Counted from the first letter of the stretch, positions 42,543 to 59,814 are shown. The stretch: 64,000 bases of DNA from the human T2T-CHM13v2.0 reference genome, Homo sapiens (GCF_009914755.1 NC_060930.1); one strand, 5' to 3'. The notes: a model not told the origin generated them from the sequence alone. A program made the numbers and translations.

Positions 42543-43725
42543 CAGCCATGTATCACATAACAGCGGGGATACATTCTGAGAAATGTGTCACTAGGCAATT
42601 TCATCGTGCAAACATCATGGAGTGAATTTACATAAACCTGGATGGTACAGCCTACTATACGCCTAGGCTGTATAGTAGAGCCTATTGCTCCTAGGCTCCC
42701 AACCTGTACAGCAGGCTGCTGTACTGAATACTGTAGGCAACTGTGACACAATGGTAAGTATGTGTGTTTATAAACACGAAAAGTACAGTAAAAGTACAGT
42801 ACAAGAGATGAAAAATGGTACATCCGTATAAGGTACTTCCCATGAATGGAGCTTGCAGGACTGGAAGTTGCTCTGGGTGAGAGTGAGTGAGTGGTGAGTT
42901 GATGTGAAGGCCTAGGACATTAATCCACACTAATATGGACTTCATGAACTTTATGGACTAATATGGACTTTATGAGCACTGTACACTTAGGCTATATTAA
43001 AGTCACAAAAATATAATTAACCTTAGCTCACCATAAATTTTTTACTTTATAAACTTTTTAGTATTTTTAATTTTTTGATTCCTTTGTAATATTACATAGC
43101 TGAAAATGTAAACACACTATACAGTTAAACAAAAAATATTTTCTTTCTTTATATCCTTATTCTATAAGGTTTTTTTTCTAATTTTTATGAACTTTTTAGA
43201 TTTTTTGTTAGAAATGAAGACACGAGCACACACATTACCCTAGGCTTACATAGGGTCAGGAACATCAATATCACTGTCTGTTACCTCCACGTCTTCTCCT
43301 GCTGGAAGGTCTTCAGGGGCAGTGATATGCAAGGAGCTGTCGTCTCCTATGATAACACCTTCTTCTGAAATCCCTTTTGAAAGACCCGCCTAAAGCTGTT
43401 TTATAGTTAACTTTTAATATAAGCAGAAGCACAGTCTAAAATAATGATGAAAAAGTATAATAAGCACATAAACTAGTAGTATAGTCATTTATTATCAAGT
43501 ATTATGTACAGTACATAACTGTATGCGCTAGACTTCTATACCACTGGCAGTGCAGTAGGTTTGTTTACACCAGCGTCACAAACACCTGCGTAACACGTTG
43601 TGCTACAATATTACAATGGCAACATCACTAGGTGATAGAAACTTTTCAGCACCACTATAATCTTATGGTGCCACTGTATATCCAGTCCTTCATTGACCAA
43701 AATGCGGTTATGCAGCACATAACTG
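42543..43725. mobile_element. Tigger3b (MER7B)-like element, apparently full length
   Basis: TIRs cagccatgtatcacataac / gttatgcagcacataactg, TA on both sides, ~1.18 kb. Confidence 0.9.
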
Positions 43726-44248
43726 TACTTCCTCTAAGCCCAATGGCTCCTCATTGCCCAAGTGAGAGAGCACACCAGACCACCCTTGTACCTCTCTACA
43801 AAGAAGGGGGAGTGGCAAAGGGCAGGTAGGCTGCTATGTCCACAGATGCATTTAAAGTAGGGGCTCAATGCAACACTGGGCCAATAAGAACATTCATCAA
43901 TGTTGATCAGCACCAGGTGGTGGGCATATCATAAATTTGGCTTAAACCCTGTGTAATAAAACACAATTTTATGATCATGCTTTTTAGAGAAAGAATCAGT
44001 GACTGTGGGAAATTAGAGGCTAGTTACTATCCAGAACATGGGTTAGGAAACAGTTATATGATCTACATGGCTTACTTGCTATCAGAAAGGATGGCTCTTT
44101 ATAGAAAGCACATTAATAACATTATCTTTGTATTCATTATTCATATGTTCCTTTCCAGCAGCAATGTACATTAATTTTTAAAGTAAAATATATCAGCCTG
44201 TAAGAGCTGTAGAGGACTTTATGAAGAGAAAGTAGAGGCAATAGGAGA

Positions 44249-44674
44249 TGATGAGGTTTAGGACACATTGCCCAAAAATATGGCACACTGACATTTGAGA
44301 AAACAGCAGAAGCAGGAAGGTCACTCTCACCTTCTCCTCACCCTTCTCCCCCGAAGCAGGTCATAAAACTCTCCTTCCAGAGGTGTCCTCCCAATACCCA
44401 GAGGAAAAGAACACCCTTATCTCTGATCAAAGAGATCAAACCCTGTTATCCTCCAATCACACTTGTGTAGACTGTCTATTTCTTCATCAAACACAGCACA
44501 AAAATACACAGGTTTCCCTGTTTCTTTGGGTCTTCATTTCTGAAGACTGCCGTGTAACTTAAAATTGACAGCAAATAAACGTCTACACTTTTCTTTTATT
44601 AATCTTTTATTTTAGGGGCCTTAGCAATGAACCTTGTAATAGATGAGAAAGGACATTACTTTTTCTCCCCTACA
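44249..44674 (+). mobile_element. ERV1 solo LTR (MER34/MER39-like)
   Basis: TG...CA ends with 4-bp TSD GAGA; AATAAA near 44574; terminal ttctcccctaca. Confidence 0.8.
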
Positions 44675-47329
44675 GAGACAACTTTACTTGCAGAATTCTT
44701 GCTCTGTGGTTCTAAGGTAGAAAGCTAACTAATACTCAAAAGGATATTACATCCATGTACAAATGCATGTAAATATGTATACAAAAATGCACATATGCCG
44801 ACATATATATAAACAGAATTTCTAATAACTGCAAAGCCTGCAGTAAAAGGTGAAAAAAAGATTAGATAAATAAATGCCTAAGGCAGTACTTGTTATAGGT
44901 ATGCCCAAAAAATGGTAATAAATGAAAAAACTGAAATGCAAGAGAATGTGACTATTTCAGTCACCTGGAGAGTGGTGTGTTCACTAATGGACCACAGGTA
45001 ATGATAGTAACACCCATGACATTTATCTCAGACCATTTAATTAAACTATATGGCATGAGACATTTTTTACAGAGCCATTCTGACACCAAGGCCATTTTGA
45101 CTGGGCTTAAAGAAAACAAACCATTGAACTGTTTCGACTTTTAAAACATTATCCACTAACATGTGCTACAGACAGCTGACCTAATCCCTGATCCTCACCC
45201 TCCCATCCTGGGCCTGAAGAAGAGGTGGGGAGCAGGCTGAGGTGAGGGTCAAGGGGAGGTGGGGTCATGGGGAGGTGGAGGTCAGGAGTGCAGTAGGGCT
45301 CAGGGGTGTCTGCTGAACATACTGCTTGATACATTTTTTAAACATCAATTTTATACCATATGACATTGTAAAAACACATAAATTTGGAAACTCCTAGAAA
45401 AGTTTCAGGTAAAAATGGTAGAAAGTCTATTACAAATAGCAGCATGGACAGAAGTGGAGATAAAGTAAACAAATACCTTTTTAAAAAGAAGATATGTGTC
45501 CAAGAGCAGAGGTGACAATGCCACCCACAAATGTGACCATTTCCCACATGCCTATGCACATGGACTGTGTAATATTCCATCCCATCCAAGGAAATCGCTT
45601 TAATGGAAAAGATATCACTTAAAATTTGGGTCAAACGCCCTGATCAATAAGTGAGACTTTGGGTCTGAAGGAGATAACCCTGAGATAACTGTGGGAAATC
45701 ATGACAAAATGACATATAATTTTAGAAAAGGCAGTAAAGAAAAACATTTTAAGTTTGCTTGCTTGAAAGCTACATGAACTTGCATTTACGGGTGTTCCAC
45801 TGATTGTACTTAACTTTAACAAGCATTGCCTTTAACAGTGAATACCTTAAAGTATTCAACAGTTAAGAAAAAGGAAAGACTATTAAAAATTATCCACAAC
45901 GGCTAAGGAAATTTCCTGGCCTCTTTTCTTCTCCTAATGCCCAATGGCTGACCCATCAGCAGGTCTCCTCTGTTCTACTTCCCAGTATCTCTCAAATTCA
46001 CTTCCTCCCAACCCCACCTGCACTCAAACTCGTCCCCACCCCATACCCTGGGCACCCTCCGTAGTGTGGCCAGAGTCACCTTTACAGGCTATACACCTCT
46101 CTCCAAAGCTTACAGCGAAAGAATTACATGGGAAAATTGTTCCAAAACACATTTACAGGGCTCATCTATTGACAGTCCAATTTTTAAATTCCAATTTAAA
46201 AAGTTGTAGCTTAAAAAAATTTTTTTAAGTTGTGGCTTAGTACCAAGGAACCTGAATTTTCAACATGGAGTCCAGACAATTTTGATGTATGTAGTCTTTA
46301 GAACCTATCTTGAGAAGTGCTCTTATTAGATTCAAACCCTTTATCATTTTCAAAAGAAATCAAAAACACATGAAACTTAATATTTTTTAAAGACCCAGTA
46401 ACAACTAACAAAGCCTGCTGATGACTATAATTACTTTCCACTCGGACTCGTTTCCTTAAATTAAGACACTAAATAAATTATGGTATGATTCACAAACACC
46501 CTCCAAAATGTTTAGGTAAAGTGAAGACTGACTATGACCTAAATATTCATAAGCATCCATATGACACTTTCTAAAGTTCCCTTGGTTCTAATAAAGTACT
46601 AATAAAGACAGCACTATGGCTAGAAAGACATCTGTGGACGTCTCTGGGGTTTCATCAAGCCTCATGAGTCTAAAAGAGTGATGTGAAGACAAAGGGGTCC
46701 TGCAGCAAGCAGAAGGTTCCTGCCGTCACTCAGCACCTCAGCTCGAGGAGGCAGAGATGGTTTGCCCACAGTGACAGCTGTCCTCTGCAGCTAGCTTACA
46801 TGGCTTCACAAGTCAGACCTCTCTGTTCAAAGCAAGGTTACATCACTGTGGAAAAATCCTCAGTTTTCCTGTCCCTTAACAGGGCTCCTGCAAATCTTTA
46901 CTATTCAAGCAATCTTGTAGGAAAAGCACTCGAATATACCTCATAAGATCCTAGTTGCTTTCCTGATTTCATCTCAGCAGTCTCAACACCTTCATAAGCT
47001 GGATGGAGCTAGAGAGAAGCAAAGCCAGAGCACTGGGAGCCACAGCGGGCAGAGCCAGCAGCACAGCCCTGTCTCCACAGCTCCCACCTGTCTGACCACA
47101 GCAGCCCCTGGCACAGAAACACTTGGAAGAGGGCCACTACCATATGGTAAGCACTCATTTGGATATTTTGAATTAAATAAAACATATTATTAACACTAAT
47201 TTATCTGTTTAAGTTTTTTAAATGTGGCTATTATAAAATTTGAAAGTGCACGTGATACTCACACTATATTTCTGTGAGACAGTGCTAGCTTGCACTCTTA
47301 CCTGTGAGATAAAAAATAAACTTGTTTTT

Positions 47330-48330
47330 GAGCTTCTGCACAGCAAAATAAACTATCAACAGAGTAGACAGACAAACTTACAGGATGGGAGAAAGTTTTT
47401 GCAAACTATACATCTAACAATGGTCTAATATCCAACACATATTAGTAACTTAAATCTACAAATTTGCAGAAAAAAAAACAACAACAACCCCATTAAAAGT
47501 GGGCAAAGGACATGAACAGACACTTTATAAAAGAAGACATACGTGTGGCCAACAAGCATATGAGAAAAAAGCTCAACATCACTGATCATTAGAGAAATGC
47601 ACATCAAAATACAGTGAGATATCATCTCACACCAGTCAGAATGGCTATTATTAAAAAGTCAAAATAAAACATGCTGGCAAGGTTGTGGAGAAAAAAGAAT
47701 GCTTACACACTGCTGGTGGGCATATAAATTGTTCAAACACTGTGAAAAGCAGTATGGCAATTCCTCAAAGAACTAAAAACAGAACTAACATTCAACCCAG
47801 CAATCCCATTACAGGGTATATACCCAAAGAAATGTAAATAACTCTATCATAAAGACACATGCACGCACATGTTCACTGCAGCACTATTCGCAATAGAAGA
47901 CATGAAATCAACCTAAATGTCCATCAATAGTAGACTGGGTTTTTAAAAATGTGCTATGTATACACCGTGGAATACTATGCAGCCGTAAAAAAGAACAAGA
48001 TCATATTCTTGGTGGGGACATGGATGGAGCTGAAGGCCATTATCCTTAGCAAACTACTGGAGGAACAGGAAAACCAAATACTGCATGTTCTCACTTGAAA
48101 GTGCAAGCTAAATGATGAGAACACATGGACATACAGAGGAAAACAACAGACACTGGGGCTTCCCAGAGGGTGGAGGGTGAGAGGAGGGAGAAGATCAGGA
48201 AAAATAACTCATGGGTACTAGGCTTAATACCTGGATGATGAAATAATCCGAACAACAAACCCCGTGGCGTGAGTTCACCCATATAACAAACCTGCACGTG
48301 TACCCCTGAACTTTTAAAAGTTAAAAAAAA
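47330..48330 (+). mobile_element. L1PA15/16-like 3' 1 kb
   Basis: ORF2 C-terminus, 3' UTR ending aacaaacctgcacgtgtacccctgaac and A tail; flanks tgtttttRag. Confidence 0.9.
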
Positions 48331-49532
48331 TGTTTTTAAGTACAGCATAGTTTCAAAGTGAATACAGGAAATGCCATTATTAATTGGAACACTTCAAGTG
48401 TTTCACAGCTAAATATGTCTGTTAATGGTTCCAGGTAGAATTTTATTAATGCCTGGCACTTGTTCAATCTATAATTTTTTCTTTTCTGTGTGTGTGTGTG
48501 TGTGTTTTTTTCAGGCCTTTGATAACTTTACAATTCGATTAGGAACTATCTCACCTTTTTCAAAGCACTCCGAAAATTAAATGGCACAAAAATCATCCAT
48601 TCACTAAAGGCTTATAAAATGATGAAGAAAAAGAGCCTTTCAGAACTTTGTTTTCACAATTGTTACTAATGTTTTGTAACTGTTATTTCTGTGGTCACTA
48701 GCCTATTTAGATTTTCTTGAATTAATTTTAATAATTTATATTTTCCTATAAAATTCATTTCATTATTTTTCCCATATCTTTTATCATGTTAAAAAGTCTT
48801 AAATTTAAGGAAAAATCTCCTCTCTAAAAGATATTTCATCTCTCATTTCTTACATTTTTAGGCGTGTCTTTCTTCTCTCCTTTATTCTTGATTAGCACTG
48901 GCAATCAATAACCATATTTTAAATTCATTAATTATATTGTTTATATATTACTGCTTAATGTTCTTATATTTATTAATTCCTTCCTCTATTTTTTCAGGTT
49001 CTTTTTTTTTTCCTGAGAAAGAATTGAATAATTAGCTGTTTTTTTCTTTCTTGCTTAAGGACAAAATTTCAACATGATTTATAATTGTAATACTATTGCT
49101 AAGGTCAAAATAATCCATTCTCAAAGTTTCAGTTTATTTTTTTAATACAAAAAGTTAAAAGGCATCATGTTGTTGTGTTTTATATTTCACCATAATTGGT
49201 TTTGGGGGTTTTGTTTGTATGTTTGCTTGTTTCTACAAGAGGTAGGGTTGCATGGTGACAGTGGTGGTAAGGGTGCAGGGAGGAGATTATCAACCTTTCC
49301 TGGAGTAATCCTAAATGTCATGACAATGGAGTTCTTAAACTAGCACTGAAATAAAAAAGAGCTAGCCCCAGTCAAAAAAAAAATCAAATTAAATATATTT
49401 TACTATGAGCTTAATTTCAACAATCCCATTTGTAAGTAATAACTATAACACCACTAGACATGGATGAAGGCTACGGGTCACTAAAAACAATATGCATATA
49501 TGAGACAGCTTAGTTTTTAAAATCATAAGCTC

Positions 49533-49833
49533 AGCTGGGTGCAGTGGCTTACACCTGTAATCCCAGAATTTTGGGAGGCCAAGGCAGGAGGATCACTTGA
49601 GCTCAGGAATTCAAGACCAGCCTAGGCAATATAGCAAGACCTGTCTCTACAAAAATGTAAAAACAAGCCAGGAGTGGTCACACACACACACCTGTAGTCC
49701 CAGCTACTCAGGAGGCTGAGGTGGGAGGATCGCTTGAGCCCAGGGAGCAGAGTCTACAGTGAGCCAAGATCATGCCACTGCACTCCAGCCTGGGCAACAG
49801 AGCAAGAGCCTGTCTCAAAAAAGTAAAATAAAA
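49533..49833 (+). mobile_element. Alu, AluJ
   Basis: Dimer with internal (CA)n; TSD aaaatcata. Confidence 0.94.
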
Positions 49834-50055
49834 TCATAGACTAAAGAAAATTAGACAAACCAATGTGTTTTGTAAAACTTTATAGGATTCAAAAGCTGAC
49901 AGATTTCTGAAAGCACATTGTTTAGTGAAATCTCTTTTTTGGTCCTCATATGAAATAACTAGATTATCATAGGAAATACCCATTAATCAAACCTAAAAAG
50001 TAACACATTTACAAATCACAGTATTAATTACACAGGCAAAACCTTCCTTCTATGA

Positions 50056-50343
<288 letters not shown>

Positions 50344-50347
50344 CTAC

Positions 50348-50425
50348 AATGTTTCTTGAATTTGCACATCATCCATGTTCCCTGGCTAAACCAATGTCCA
50401 GGTTTCCTATATTTATATATTACTT
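50348..50425 (-). pseudogene. Possible highly degenerate U6 snRNA retrocopy
   Basis: aatgtttcttgaatttgcacatcatccatg matches antisense U6 aacgcttcacgaatttgcgtgtcatccttg at 22/30 by hand; weaker similarity continues to ttcctatatttatatat. Confidence 0.3.
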
Positions 50426-50935
50426 GAATAAAGTAACATTAATTTGCTCATTTTCTGACACATTTTTCAAACTGTTGGGGGCAGCGATAAAGAAATATGG
50501 GCAGTGATTGGAAGACTAAAAGTATCCCCCAACTCCATCATAATCCTTACATGAAATGGTGAATTCAGGAATTAGTTTTCTTTTTCTACTCATGTATACT
50601 CATGAATTTGTGCAGCACAGAAGCAGATTCATACACACAAAGCAATTACTAGAAATTCTGACTATATTGAGTACAAATTTTACTTTTTAGTTTTGTTTGG
50701 AAAAATTCCAGACACTAAAAAATCAGAAGCAGCTTGACTATATACTAAAGTCAATACCCAATTCACATTCTAGATTATAGTTGTATTGTAGCTGACACTT
50801 GATATAATCCACTGGAACACAAATCTTTTGGCCATTCTCTTTGTACTGCCCTGCATAGTTCAAGTTATATTAAGAGTTGTGAGCACACAACTCTGGCAAT
50901 ATCCTTGTGAAGTGGATTCACCAATGTAATTTTAC

Positions 50936-51423
<488 letters not shown>

Positions 51424-52477
51424 TAAAGAATAAACATATTAAATATTTTTTTAAATGCACTGTCACCATTTAAAGGAAATTCCACAAGGAAATTACATGT
51501 AGTGTTAGAAAACTTGGCAAAGTTTGATAACTAGATTTTGGATTCCAGATACTTTTAGATGAAGCTATATCAATGTTTCCATAATGCTATACCCCTGGGT
51601 TCATACTGAGTAACAGCACTAAAAAATGTATGGTGCAATCACTCTGAAAACTAGCGTTCAAGAAGTCAACAGCCATTATTCATGTGTACACATTCTCACG
51701 TGCTAACAGTCTCTGATGACCAAGAGGAACCTCATCATTCAAACTGCAAAGATCAAAAAACTGGTTAAGCTTTTTATGTCCTGTATGAGAGATCTTTCCC
51801 TACCTTAAGGTTATGAAAATATTCTACTCTATCATGTTTTAGAAGGCTAATTATTTTTTCTTTCACATTCTATAATCCATGTAGAAATGTTATAGATGGT
51901 ATAAGAATTTTTTCCATATGGCCAGCATCAATTATTAAAAAGATAAGTCCTTCTCAAGGCACTACACAAAGTCCTTAATACTCTGTTCCACTGGTCTATA
52001 TGTTACTCTCAGGCCAATGCCTCACTGTTTTAATTAATATGACTTAAAATAAATTTTACTAACCACCTGAGCAGTTCTTCCCCCATGCTATGTTTTCCTT
52101 CAAGACTGTATTGACAATTCTTGTCCCTTTGCATTTACATATATATTTTGTAATCAACTTATCAATTTACATATTCACATATGCATCTGCTGAACTGCTT
52201 ATAAATCTACAGATGAATTAGGGGAGCTACATATTAGTGATATTGAGTCTTCCCACTGATCACCATCATATTACCTACTTTCTCTTAAGTCTTCTATAAT
52301 TTCCTCTCAATAATGTTTTTCTTCTTGTGATCTTGCATATTTTTTACTGCTTCTAATTGATATTTTATGCTATCATAAACAGCATATTTTCAAATTTTTC
52401 TTTTCTGTTTGTTGTTATTCTATAGAAATACAACTGATTTTATCCACTGTATTGACTTTGCATCCAGCAATATTTCT

Positions 52478-52805
52478 ATTAAGGACTGAATGTTTGTTTC
52501 CCCTCCCAAAATACCAATATGGGGATGGAGATGGGCCTTTGGGAGGTAAGCAGGGTTAGATGAGGCATGAGGGTGGGGGACTCCACATGGGATTCGTGCC
52601 CTTATGAGAAGACACACCAGAGAGCTTACTCCCTCTCTCTCCCTGCCACATGGGGACACGACAAGGAAGGAAGCGAGCCCTCAACAAGAACTGAATTTGC
52701 CTTGATCTTGTGACTTCCCGGCCTCCAGAACTGCAAAAGTAAAAACTTCTGTTGTTGAAGACACCCAGTGTGCAGTATTTTGTTATGGCAACCTGAGCTA
52801 AGATT
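52478..52805 (+). mobile_element. MaLR solo LTR (MLT1A/MSTD-like)
   Basis: ggactgaatgtttgt...gggcctttgggaggtaa...gcctccagaactg...tattttgttatggcaacctgagctaaga. Confidence 0.85.
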
Positions 52806-53067
52806 AATGCCAAAAATTATGTATTATTCCAGTAATTTATCTATAGATTCATTAGGAATTTCCTTTGTTTACAATCATATTTATCTGCAAATATGAGAGA
52901 TTTCTTCCTGAGATCATATTTTGTTTACTTATATGCCTAAATGTATTGGGTATGTCCTCCATTCCAATGTCAAATACATATGGTGTTAGAGGGCAACGCT
53001 GTCTCATTTGCTGTATCAGAAAGATTTTTATAATTAAGTAGAATATTCTTTACACACATTCTTAGCA

Positions 53068-54950
<1,883 letters not shown>

Positions 54951-55440
54951 AGATATGGCAGATTTTTTAAGTTCCTTTATTATCAATTTTCTGCTTCTGG
55001 TAAAAGCACCATATAATTTTTCATCTTTATTTAGATAACATGGTAAAATACACTAATTGATTTTAAAATGTTAAACCATCTATATATTCCGGGAATAAAC
55101 TCAATTGGCTAATATTATGTTAGGCTTATTATATATAACTGGCTTTTATTTGCAGGATTTTTTGTGGGGTTTTTTGGTATGAAGGTTCATAAGTGAGATT
55201 GGTCTGTAATGTTCCTTTCTCTAACTATTCTCACTAAGTTGTACCACTTTATAAAGGAAGTTGAGAAGTATTCCCTATTTTTGTATTCTTTGGAAGAATA
55301 TGTTTAAGTCTGGTGCCATATACCCTAATCTAAGCATATATTAAACCACATGATTTGGCCCTTAGCTAAAGTGATAATTGTGTTGTTTAAATCTTCCTTC
55401 TTTTCCATCTGCTTCTAGCAGGTATTAAGAAAAGTGGGCT

Positions 55441-55777
<337 letters not shown>

Positions 55778-57759
55778 CTATGTTTGTAATTTGTCTACTT
55801 CACCTTTTAGTTCAGTCAACTTCTGCTTTATATGGTTTGATGCTAGGTTAAATGGAGACAAATTTAGAATTGTTATCTCTTCCTAAGAATTGAACCTTTA
55901 TATTACAAAGTATCTTTCTTTACCGGTAGTAGTACTTTTAGCTTTAAAGTCCCTGTATTTTCTGATATTTAAGACTTCGGAAAAGAAGTTATCTCTAAGC
56001 TGAAAGTTAAAGGATGGGAAGAAGTCTGTTGGGTAAACAGAGAGAAAAACCTCCACACAGCAAGGTGTGCTTGGTCCTGACAAGGTCCTGAAGGCAAAGA
56101 GAATATGGCTCTTTCATGGAACTGAAATATCTTTGCCATCTAAAATCTGTGAGTAAGAACAACAGTCTCCACCTTACATTCCTTCCTTGGTAACAGCCAG
56201 AGTCCTAATTTTGTTCTGGTATTCACTCTTCCAGGTGGTCAGGAAACACATGGTCTAGACCAAGAGCATAGATTATTATGGTTGCAAGACAATTGTAAGA
56301 ATTCTCTTCCCCCAGCCAGTGGAATAGAATACAGGAGAAACTTTTAAAAGAGGTTTTCTCCTCTAATACCATCATGGGGAAAAAATCCAGATATCTGGAG
56401 CTGTAGCAACCACTTTATAAGAATGAGGAAACTAGCCCTAGGACCAAGATAATACAATAAGACTGTCAGGCCCAAACAATAGAAAGAGCCTCTGTCTACA
56501 CTAACACTGCTGACCTAGACCTGTGTCCAACTTTCTGCTTTATAAGCTTATAAACTTCTCATCGTTAGGAAACTTTTAGCTAAGTTTTTTCTGCTCCTTG
56601 CAACTGATGCAAGATCCTTACATACCACTTTTTGATTGTTTTTTAAAATTCCCAATGTTAAATAATAAGAGATTGCTGAAGAATATTTCCCAAATTGTAT
56701 AATCTACACAAGAAAATATATATTTTTACTGTTTCCCCATCCATTGATACATGCATATTACATAATTGCCCAAAATATTTAGAAATGTAAATTTTACATT
56801 ATCAAAAAATAGGCCTTATATAAAATGTAAATGGTAAATATATAACGATTTGTAAATGGTCAAATATATAACCATTCTATAATCCTTAAAAATTAATAGT
56901 CTTACAGTGATTCTATTTGAAAGTACAGTTTCCATGTCTGGTCTTGACAAAGGGAAAGTACAATAAATTAAGAAATAAGACATAAAAATGAATTTAACTA
57001 AATCCCAGAAAAACAACCACACAAATGGCATATACACAATGCAGCCTAGAATGAGACATTTCAAAATTAAAGCTCTTATGGCTTTTCTGAGATTTTTAAA
57101 CAAATTAGCAAGTATAAAAAGAAATTAAATTTTTACATTTTTCATTATTTTCCACATTGAAACCTACACTTATTAACTTTTTATAGTTGTCCTATCAAAT
57201 TTTGCATCATAATAGTTCAAATGAGAAAATTGTAGAAGAGTGAGACATACATTATCTAATAAGGTACTTATTCAACATACTAAAATTTCACAGTACATAA
57301 TTTTGAGAAATAAGGGATTAAACACACTGAGAAAAATTTTTTCCAGTTCCTATATGATCAAGCAGAAACCTTTGATTTTTTAAACTATAATCAAGAAAAT
57401 AAAGATAAAATATTTCTAATAATGGATAGGCATTGCTAACTAGGTTAACATTATGTTAACTAAGTAAATAGTTGGGCAATTCTCTAGGCAAATTAAGCAG
57501 AGTTTACTTTTCCTCCTATTACATACACAATTATATAACACAAGAGTTGTTAGCAGGTCAAATGTTTCAATATATAAAAGAAAGCATTCTAATTCCTATA
57601 AAAACCACATCAAATGTGCTCACTGAAAATTCAGAATAAATTATATTCATGAAAGACACTAAAGTTACAAAAGAATACATTCATTTATCAGGGAAAATGA
57701 AGCAAGAGTTGTAAACCTCCACTGCAGGGTGTTAGGAAGCAGAAATTTCATTAGTTCTT

Positions 57760-59030
57760 CAGCCCGAAATGTAACCTTTATAGATGTCTTCTTCACAAGA
57801 AACATCTGCGGGTATTAAAAAGGAAGATATCCAGAAGAGTCCTCTCCAGAAGAAATTTTAAAAGACCTATTTTTAAATTGCCCACATATAGTAACTATAA
57901 ACCATGAATGACATCTAAAAACAAACAAACAACAATAACAAAACTAGCTAAGGGCATCTGAGATCATCAAAAGTGGGAAGATTCTGGAAGGGAAGTGACA
58001 CTTGCAATAAAGATAAAGGAATAGCTCTAGTGAATTTCCTAATTTTTATGAATTTGCAAGCTCCACAGATACCAAAATCTCCAATAGAAAACCCATTGTC
58101 TTACTGGCTTGAAGAACCAAAGGACAGAGTTTAAGGCAACCATAGCTATTGGAAATGAGGTTGGCAATAACAGTGAATCCCAGCAAAGAGACAGACCTAG
58201 AGAAGACGATGCATAAATTCTGTGTATAAACTCTGCCCAAATCTCTGGCTGACATTTAAACCAGACTAAGACTAAAACAAACGAAGTATGATTTCAGTTA
58301 CCACCCATGAGTCTGAGTTTGCAGTTTGAGTCACCAAAATTAATTTTTTACCCAGGGGGGGAAAAAAAAAACATTGTTGGAACAAATGTAACAGAATCCA
58401 GGAAAACAAAAACAAAACAAAACAAAAAAAACCACATGATCCATTTTCAGAAGAAAATCAATGAAGACTGACCCCTGACCCTGAGTAGACCCAGATGTTG
58501 AAATTAGCAGAGAAGGATCTTCAACCAGCTGCTATAAGTTTCATCAAGGTTATACAGAAAAATATGCCCATGATGAATGAAAGGAATATCATCAGAAAAA
58601 AATCTGTTGTAAAAAAGAATCTAATAAAAATTCTAAAACTAAACAACATCATACGGATATAAAATCGACATTGTTAAGCAGCAAATGGGTTTAGCAGATT
58701 GGTGATGACAGAGTCAGTAAAGACTTTCCTGTAAAGATAGAGCGATAAAAACTACTGAATCTGAGGAATAGAGAGAAAATGTATCAAACAAAATGAAGAG
58801 ATCTTAAGAACCTGTGGGACAATATTATAACATTCTTGTAATTGGGCTCCCAGAGAAGAAAAAAAAAGAGAGAGAGAGAGAGAATGAGGCAGAAGACATA
58901 TATTTCCCTAAAAGGATATAAGTCATAAATCTACAGATTCATAAAGGTCAGCAAATCCCAAACAGGATAAATACAAAGAAAGCCACACATAGGCATGTCA
59001 GTCAAATGACCATCAACAATGAAGAAAATC
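57760..59030 (+). mobile_element. Old L1ME-like 5' region and ORF1 fragment
   Basis: ccagatgttgaaattagcagagaagg, aacctgtgggacaatatta, caaatcccaaacaggataaatacaaagaaagccacac. Confidence 0.65.
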
Positions 59031-59340
59031 ACCTAATCGTTGGCTGGTCCACTATTTACTATATGACATTCACAGTCTTCCTACTTACTATCATGTCTGG
59101 CCATGATGCTTCTGGTATTTGTACAGTCCAGAATCTTGCCCTAAGGATGTCAAATTACTGTATTCTCTTTCTTAACCAATTTTTCCCTTAACCTCATAGG
59201 TTAGCATTTAGGGCTGAGTGGTTAACGGAGAAAACACTAAATTGGACTCCCCTTGGTTTATATTCCTTGCCACATTACCTAAAAAGGACTAACTAACTCT
59301 GCGGATTAGGCACAGAACTGTAGATTAAATATCAGGATAG

Positions 59341-59525
59341 TCAGTATAGCACAGTGGTTATTAGGCTGGGGTTTAGAGTCAAGTGTGTTTAAATCTTAGT
59401 TTTGTGATTTTCTTAGCTGCCTCAAAATCATGCCCCAAAATACCTACTATGATTCCTGTTATGAAGATTAAATGCTTAGCACTGTCCCTGGCACAGAGAA
59501 ATGCCCAATACTCGCTTGAAATTAA
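59341..59525 (+). mobile_element. MIR
   Basis: cagtatagcacagtggtta...gaagattaaatgcttagcactgtccctggcaca. Confidence 0.7.
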
Positions 59526-59814
59526 TACTCATCATTGTAATTTTTCAGTTTAAAGAAAAGACCAAAGCATTCCACTTTATTTTTAATAATTAATACATCT
59601 AATTATTAGCATGTCATAAATGAATGTAAGACATCATCAATGTAAGATAAGATTTTATTTTATGCACCACACAGAAAGAAAGAATGTTGCCAACTGAACC
59701 AAAACATTCTACTGCTTGTATGTCACCAAATAAGAAACATATGTCTCCTGATTCCAGAGGTAATAACAAGTACATCTTATTAAATAAGACACATATAACT
59801 CCTTCAATTATCAC

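Noticed and set aside
42925-42980. Short tandem duplication (taatatggactt) inside Tigger3b
   Set aside because: Ordinary slippage within a repeat; no sign of function.
45625-45720. Possible C/D-box snoRNA (several CTGA motifs)
   Set aside because: No properly placed RTGATGA box C and no terminal stem.
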